Positions 58,202-64,000 of a stretch of DNA of 64,000 nucleotides are shown piece after piece. Position 1 is the first letter of the stretch, and every line of letters starts with the position of its first letter. A model generated the notes under the pieces. The model was not told where the DNA came from. It made no database searches and was given only the letters and a program-made list of their open reading frames with translations. Source of the stretch: an uncultured archaeon (GTDB taxonomy: Archaea; Thermoplasmatota; Penumbrarchaeia; JASLWR01); contig CAYFHS010000011.1 of assembly GCA_964342815.1 (NCBI GenBank), forward strand, positions 32,001 through 96,000. Reading direction: 5' to 3'. The position numbers and the translations under genes are program-made.

Positions 58202-61200
58202 CTACCGTTCCTTATAATCTCCCAGTATTTCCGAGAAAAGCGATGTGTCGTCAAGTTCGTTCTCGACATTATACTTTCCCGATATCGATTTTTCCCGGTC
58301 AAATTCATCATTATAGCCAATGGAATTCGCGTACTGCATACTGGAAGAAATTTCATCCGCCGTGACCTTCTCGATTGTTATTTTCTCTTTACCTCGTCGT
58401 CTTTTTATAAAAAAGATCGATAAACATGCACCAATAAAGAGCACCAATATAACGGGAATGATGATGCACATTCCACCCTTAACATTAGTCCCGAAGGTCT
58501 GAGAGCTTTCAGTGCTTTTTTCGAGAGTGATCTCGATATGATCGTATGCGGTCACACCTTCGAAGGTCCCTGATACGGTTATCTTTCCCGTGGTACTGAT
58601 CAAAACCTTCTTTCTCCCGGTGAAGAATCCGTTCTCATCGATATTTCCTATACCGCCTTCCACGTCCCATTTGTAAAAAACTACCCCCTCGGGGATGGGC
58701 TCGCCATTGACGTCGTACGCAAGAACCTCGAACTGGTGAGATTTCCCGCCCTTGAGAGTTAGTTCTCTGCTAACAGCTTCAATCCGGGAGAGCGGTGGAT
58801 AGTAATCTACAACTGCATCGGTCACAGCTGTATTCCCAACTTTATCCCGTACCTTCAAATAGAACGTCTTTTGACCTCCGCGAACGTTGCCGCCGTACTC
58901 TGAAAGGTTCCATCCCCGCTTCCTTCCTGTCCAATTCTCCCACGGGCTCCATGACGTTCCATCATTACTGAAGCACATTTCGCCCAGACCCGAAGCTTCG
59001 TCCATAGCGTGCACATCCAGATCGATGGACAGTGAGAACGTCTTTTTTTCCCTTCCCTTGAGCCTTAGAGATAGCTCAATAGGCGGCGTCAAATCAATGT
59101 TGAATGAAATCGTCTTTTCAATAGAATTATTGGCCCCGTCGTAGGCCCGTATTCTGAGAGAATGCGCCCCTTCGCTTAGATCGTAAAGACTCTCTACTTC
59201 AGCACTCCCCAGTCCATAAAATTCATCATCGTCCAGCTTTATCTCGTATCGAGCAGCGGAAAAATTGTCCCCTCCTTCCCATCTCACCTCCACCGTGCCG
59301 TTGCCGAGCCATTCACCGTTCGCCGGAGCCGAAATTGCAAGATCCGGCTCATCAGTGTCGATAGAGAAAACGTGAGTTCCGCTATCTCCGATATTCCCGG
59401 CCCCATCCACCGCCTTCACGTAAAATATGTGCTCCCCGCTTGCCTGCGGCGGCAGTTCCACCGACGTCGAGCTATAAAATGTCCACGGAAATCCGTCTAT
59501 CTTGTAATAATACCCCGATAAACCGCTGATGTCGCTTGGTGCAGACCATATGAACAGTGGCGTGTCGTCGGAGGACCACCCTTCCGTGTTATCATCAGGT
59601 AAGGGTATGCCTGGCGCCGAAGTATCGATCCGGTAGGGGCCGGCAGAGTAAAAACCATCGGCCCAATTCCCGGCGCGGTCCACGGTCTTGACATTGAGAT
59701 ACCACTCTCCGTCAGCCAATTCCGAACTTTTGATAATTCCATTCGAGGCATTTGCTTCTACGATCATATCCGGCTCGAGCAATCCGTTATCCCATTGGTA
59801 GCTGTAGCCCCCGATACCGCTGAGTTCATCCGCGGCGCCGCTAAGATTTATACGAATTGTATTGTTGTTCGACCACTCCGATATGTTATGACCTGCTGAT
59901 TTCGCACCGTCGGGATTAGTGGGTTTTGTTCTGTCTATACGGATCGGAATTGAACTGGTAGCGGTCTTGTGCACTGCATCATACGCTCTAACGAAAAGGG
60001 TCGTGTTAATCTCTTCGTCGAAATAGACCGGACTCTCACCCTCGACCCAGTCGCCGTTCTCTCCTACACGGTACTCGTATTTCTCGATTCCAAGAGGAAG
60101 GTCGTCCCACGGTTCATCCCATGAAACATACGGAGAATCTTCACCGGACCATCCGTCCCCGCACCCATGGCCGATCAGTTCGGGAGCCGCAGGATTATTT
60201 TTGTCTATTCGGTCGAAAAAATATTTTATGAACCCGGCGGTTGTCCTCTGGGCACGTGGGAACTGGGCTTCTGTTACCAACCCGTACTCGTCACCGTATT
60301 GTCCGTTTATGGACACTTTCTCCGTCCTGTATCCCCAACTCGGATTTATGTTGTCCGTGACCAACCTCAATTTCAGGGTCTCACCCGCTATCTCCCCGGT
60401 ATCCACATTTCTCTCGTCCATATCGGTGTAATCCTTTTTCAGATTTCCCGATGAATCGTGTATGTACAGGTGGTCGCCAAGGTCCAGACTTATACGGTCA
60501 AAAATTATCTGAATATACTCTGAATCATGGTATGTTATGTTCCATGAACTGTCCAGATCGTTGGGAAGGTCATGAACCGTTTCCAGTTCATAGTTCTCGT
60601 CATCGATCTCCCATATAGCGTCGTTCACGTAGAGATAATATTTGAGGCTCTCGTGCGCATTGAAATCCACGAATTTCGCTGGACCCTCCCCGAAGTGTAC
60701 TGGCTGGTATAACGAGCTTGCTGCGGGCAGGTCCGAATAATAGATACCCCCGCTCTCCACCAGATAATTATGGTCGTTATCGGAAACCCAATTCTCATAG
60801 CTCGTGTGAGCGGAATAGACCGGTCCGCCGCCGGCTCCGAAAGAATGATGGGGTACGCAGAGGTCCTGTACCATATGAGCGGCCCAGCCGAGAGAGTACA
60901 TGGCGTCGCTTAACTGCTGGTCGGTGGAGCCGTCGCCCCAGCTCACCAGGGCGTCCGTGAACTTATACGAGCAAAACTGTGCGGCCTGGTAGGACGGTTC
61001 CAGCACAAATTCCCAGAACCCGTCGTACTCGGCGTGGTTAATGGGATGCATAAAATGATTGATGGAGCCGTTCCATACCGTGGGATCGTCATTATCCGAA
61101 CTGCCTCTTTTCATAGTATTGAGATAGCTCTTTCCCCAAATGTTGTCGGTCCCGGAAAGAAAATCCGAAATTCGCCTAAAACCGTCGTTTCGCAGTATTA

Positions 61201-61357
61201 TCTGCGCCTGTTGATACGACAGTTCATGGGTGTCATCGACCCCCTTGTTATCATCGTCGCAATTGTATCCGGTGGTACCGGGAACTTGCATGTTGATGAA
61301 CGTGAGTAATAGGATAATCGCTATTATTATCGGCAAATAAACCGGGTTTCTGTCCAT
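58202..61357 (-). CDS. Surface-anchored zinc-dependent phospholipase C / S1-P1-like protein with CUB-like and Ig-like domains
   Basis: NHFMHP, LGWAAHMVQDLCVPHH, HTSYENW Zn ligands; FDRISLDLGDHLYIHD…LRLVTD CUB-like; repeated IDTxxP Ig modules; C-terminal TM. Confidence 0.78.
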   Translation of the reverse strand: MDRNPVYLPIIIAIILLLTFINMQVPGTTGYNCDDDNKGVDDTHELSYQQAQIILRNDGFRRISDFLSGTDNIWGKSYLNTMKRGSSDNDDPTVWNGSINHFMHPINHAEYDGFWEFVLEPSYQAAQFCSYKFTDALVSWGDGSTDQQLSDAMYSLGWAAHMVQDLCVPHHSFGAGGGPVYSAHTSYENWVSDNDHNYLVESGGIYYSDLPAASSLYQPVHFGEGPAKFVDFNAHESLKYYLYVNDAIWEIDDENYELETVHDLPNDLDSSWNITYHDSEYIQIIFDRISLDLGDHLYIHDSSGNLKKDYTDMDERNVDTGEIAGETLKLRLVTDNINPSWGYRTEKVSINGQYGDEYGLVTEAQFPRAQRTTAGFIKYFFDRIDKNNPAAPELIGHGCGDGWSGEDSPYVSWDEPWDDLPLGIEKYEYRVGENGDWVEGESPVYFDEEINTTLFVRAYDAVHKTATSSIPIRIDRTKPTNPDGAKSAGHNISEWSNNNTIRINLSGAADELSGIGGYSYQWDNGLLEPDMIVEANASNGIIKSSELADGEWYLNVKTVDRAGNWADGFYSAGPYRIDTSAPGIPLPDDNTEGWSSDDTPLFIWSAPSDISGLSGYYYKIDGFPWTFYSSTSVELPPQASGEHIFYVKAVDGAGNIGDSGTHVFSIDTDEPDLAISAPANGEWLGNGTVEVRWEGGDNFSAARYEIKLDDDEFYGLGSAEVESLYDLSEGAHSLRIRAYDGANNSIEKTISFNIDLTPPIELSLRLKGREKKTFSLSIDLDVHAMDEASGLGEMCFSNDGTSWSPWENWTGRKRGWNLSEYGGNVRGGQKTFYLKVRDKVGNTAVTDAVVDYYPPLSRIEAVSRELTLKGGKSHQFEVLAYDVNGEPIPEGVVFYKWDVEGGIGNIDENGFFTGRKKVLISTTGKITVSGTFEGVTAYDHIEITLEKSTESSQTFGTNVKGGMCIIIPVILVLFIGACLSIFFIKRRRGKEKITIEKVTADEISSSMQYANSIGYNDEFDREKSISGKYNVENELDDTSLFSEILGDYKER

Positions 61358-61725
61358 TTTTAACCACTTTTACAAAGATTTCGAGCATCAAAACCCGACC
61401 GATATTATAAGCCCATTATCCGATATATATCTTGTTGGTGAAATAACGCATTGGTTTGGGATTTTGACTTTCTGTCAAAGGGACAAATTCTGCAATGCCT
61501 GACCCATCCAATATTGCTTATGGAAAATCCATAATCGATATTATAATTTATGTTTTTTTAGCCAGACCTTCTATCCGAGAACCGAATGAAGAAAATAATC
61601 AGAAATTATCGGTTCGATCCAGAGTATGAAACCAGACATTGGAATTATTAAAATGAAGAAGTTAACATATGTTAAAAAGGAAATGCAAATAACATAAATA
61701 CCCATAATACCATAAATTAATTTAT

Positions 61726-62457
61726 ATGGAAGAAAGAACGAGGGGAGTTATTCAGTTTTTTGGAATTTTCTTTTTGGTCGTAGCGACAATACTAATTATG
61801 GCGCTTTCAGGTTACCTCAATCCAAAACCTGGTGAATACATTGGAGACCTGGATGATGTTGATGATACTATTGACCTTGGAACCGTGGAAGTGAGAGAAT
61901 ATAAGGGCAAGAAACTTGGCTCCATTGACGATTTTCGGGAAAATTCCATCAGGGGACCCCAGTATATCAATGAAAGCAGTTATAGACTTAAAATAACCGG
62001 ATTAGTTGATAAAGAGCTGGTCCTTACCTACGATGAGGTCTTGAAGATTACCCCGCATTACCGAAAAGTAGTGACCCTTAACTGTGTGGAGGGATGGAGC
62101 GTAACTATCCTTTGGGAAGGACTCCTGCTCAGAGACCTTATAGAATTGGCCAATGCGACTGACGAGGGAAAGGTCATTATCTTCAAAGCATATGATGGTT
62201 ATTCAACGTCTCTTGCTTTGGAGTACTTCTACAATAATGATATACTTATGGCTTATGGCATGAACAATGTAACCATTCCACCCGAGCGAGGATTCCCGTT
62301 CCAACTCGTAGCTGAATCCAAGTGGGGTTACAAATGGATAAAATGGATCACGGAAATCGAAATTTCCGATGATATAGATTACGAAGGTTATTGGGAAGAG
62401 AAGGGATACAACAACGAAGGTGACCTGGACGGTCCCCACCGGGATAACGACTATTGA
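61726..62457 (+). CDS. Molybdopterin-dependent oxidoreductase, sulfite-oxidase family (MsrP/YedY-like catalytic domain)
   Basis: YRLKITGLV, TLNCVEGWS (Mo-ligating Cys), GYSTSL, ERGFPFQLV, KWGYKWIKWI, GYWEEKGY; N-terminal TM. Confidence 0.88.
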   Translation: MEERTRGVIQFFGIFFLVVATILIMALSGYLNPKPGEYIGDLDDVDDTIDLGTVEVREYKGKKLGSIDDFRENSIRGPQYINESSYRLKITGLVDKELVLTYDEVLKITPHYRKVVTLNCVEGWSVTILWEGLLLRDLIELANATDEGKVIIFKAYDGYSTSLALEYFYNNDILMAYGMNNVTIPPERGFPFQLVAESKWGYKWIKWITEIEISDDIDYEGYWEEKGYNNEGDLDGPHRDNDY

Positions 62458-62812
62458 TCGCGATTCTTCAGCTAAGAAGGTTAGAGATGAACTCCGGCAG
62501 TGGGATACATTATATCCACCACAGTAGTTCATTAGACTTTTTTATCGAGAATTGGTACTTTTATCTCTTCCAAGCATCATAAATTGACACTTTCTTTCGC
62601 AAGTCCTCTTTGGTATGTACTTCGGAGATACAACAATTTTACTTTCACTCACCCCCCTACAGCCTTTATATATTTACCACTCCCTCTAGTGATTGCTTAC
62701 AGCAGAGGTGAGAAAATGAACGTAAGCGGTAAAAAAGAAATGGTAAATCGAGAAACAAACACAAAGAAACGAGAAATAGAATCGGATTTTTTCAGAAAGG
62801 GGGGCGGCTTCA

Positions 62813-63277
62813 TTGAGCGTGATTCTGTACGGGCGTGAGAGATTCGGTAAGCTGGCCGACTGGCTTATCACGAAGGACATGGGACGAGACCCGTTCTTCG
62901 ATACCTTCACCTATGAAGAAAAGGCGGATATATTCTGGACGGAAAATAGAATATGGGCAGGTCGCGATTTCGACGTGGATGACTACAGAAGATCGAAGCT
63001 TGCGCAGTGGGCGGACCGGCTGTTCATCGCCAATCAACTCGCCAGTTTCTATACCTACGACGACGAAAACCCAAAACTGGAACGGATCGAAAAAAGTGAT
63101 ATAAAAAACGGCTCGGGCATGACCACCAAAGGAGTTCTTGAGGTACTTGAAGGAATTCATTATAATATCTATACCAACGGCGGCAACTGCTTTTTGGGGA
63201 ACCGTGACGAGAAAAAGCTCCGATGGTATATCCGGCAGCTGAAGGACAAGCTGCTGGCGGCTGTCAGTGGAACCTGA
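62813..63277 (+). CDS. Hypothetical protein
   Basis: 154-codon ORF with soluble-protein composition and a G-rich RBS-like run upstream; no family recognised with confidence. Confidence 0.6.
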   Translation: MSVILYGRERFGKLADWLITKDMGRDPFFDTFTYEEKADIFWTENRIWAGRDFDVDDYRRSKLAQWADRLFIANQLASFYTYDDENPKLERIEKSDIKNGSGMTTKGVLEVLEGIHYNIYTNGGNCFLGNRDEKKLRWYIRQLKDKLLAAVSGT

Positions 63278-63361
63278 TATTGAAAGATATCATCAGTATT
63301 GGTGCAGAGGTCAAGGATGCAAGGTGATAAAATATTTATATCCTTGAGCGTATGCATGATC

Positions 63362-63736
63362 ATGCAGGAAAAACTGGTACCCATCTTTAACAGGTTGAAG
63401 AAGATTTTGAAACGGTATGAGGATCCACTGAAACCAAAGTTTGATCTGGACAGCAAGTACGACCTCTGGTCCTTTAAAGACGTTGTTATTTTAGGTAGAA
63501 AGAGAAAAGAGACATATTTCGCCGGTTTGATCATTCAAAGCAGCTACGTAGGGTTCTATTACATGCCGATCTATATCGATACGGAACTTGAGGAAGTATT
63601 CGAACCGGAGTTATTGAAACTCAAGAAGGGCAAATCTTGTTTTCACATCAGGATTTTGGACGATAAGCTTGAAGAACAGATAATCAATGCTCTGGACACG
63701 GGATATGAGCTGTACAAAAAACGAGGGTGGATTTAA
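63362..63736 (+). CDS. DUF1801/YdhG-like hypothetical protein
   Basis: FAGLIIQSSYVGFYYMPIY…LLKLKKGKSCFHI pattern. Start chosen at ATG 63362. Confidence 0.65.
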   Translation: MQEKLVPIFNRLKKILKRYEDPLKPKFDLDSKYDLWSFKDVVILGRKRKETYFAGLIIQSSYVGFYYMPIYIDTELEEVFEPELLKLKKGKSCFHIRILDDKLEEQIINALDTGYELYKKRGWI

Positions 63737-63784
63737 ACGTCTTGATGGACAAGCTGTTGAATGCCATGGTGTAATATAATCTTT

Positions 63785-64000
63785 GGATCGGGCTTGCGCC
63801 GACCCTGGAGGCAAGCCTCCTTCCACATCATTATTGTTTTTGGTTCGGGCTTGCGCCCATTGCATTCCGTTGCACGCTTCGCTATGATGCATTGGAAATG
63901 CATCTGCATCCTCGGGATGCTACCCTACGGATGCATCAAAGATGCAACTGCGTCCTCGGCAAGTGCCCACTACGTTCCGCAACACTTACGGCGTTGCTGC
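63785..64000. repeat. Palindrome-rich cluster (REP-like), truncated by window end
   Basis: TCGGGCTTGCGCC at 63788 and 63845; stems GGAGGC-AA-GCCTCC, GATGCATT-GGA-AATGCATC, GCATCC-TCG-GGATGC, TGCATC-AAA-GATGCA. Confidence 0.65.

Noticed and set aside
1-64000. Transposase, integrase, reverse transcriptase, cas, or rRNA genes
   Set aside because: No ORF shows DDE, HUH, tyrosine/serine recombinase, YADD or Cas motifs; no rRNA-like conserved sequence was seen.

Overview
This is an archaeal chromosomal window. The gene content (FEN1, TtuA, R15P isomerase, HTH-less Lrp, PGF-CTERM protein, GGTGA-type RBSs and BRE/TATA promoters) suggests an uncultured Thermoplasmatota-like heterotroph; that lineage call is inference, as no rRNA or marker gene is present. 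Content: (i) about ten large membrane-anchored surface proteins (PKD, Ig/FN3, FG-GAP, TSP3, beta-helix, Zn-phospholipase C, clan-A glycoside hydrolase), several with very acidic aromatic-rich cytoplasmic tails; (ii) a complete starch/maltodextrin operon on the minus strand (malK, GH57 glucanotransferase-like, GH57 amylopullulanase, malE, malF, malG); (iii) housekeeping genes (OPT transporter, radical SAM, nucleotide-sugar dehydrogenase, nfo, fen, r15pi, ttuA, pcp, uppS); (iv) a putative lipid/peptide modification module: a PAP2 phosphatase and an N-myristoyltransferase-like GNAT transcribed divergently from a stand-alone DUF2156 tRNA-dependent aminoacyl transferase, separated by an array of about 11 short hairpins; (v) tandem paralogous surface receptors, one ending in a double winged-HTH. 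Non-coding highlights: a 69-bp dispersed repeat (15122 and 55858, opposite strands), a GAAC-N4-GTTC-like operator array, two hairpin arrays, and one in-frame TAA splitting a 1560-codon glycoside hydrolase. No rRNA, canonical tRNA, CRISPR array or transposase was seen. All family calls are from motif recognition by eye, not database searches.
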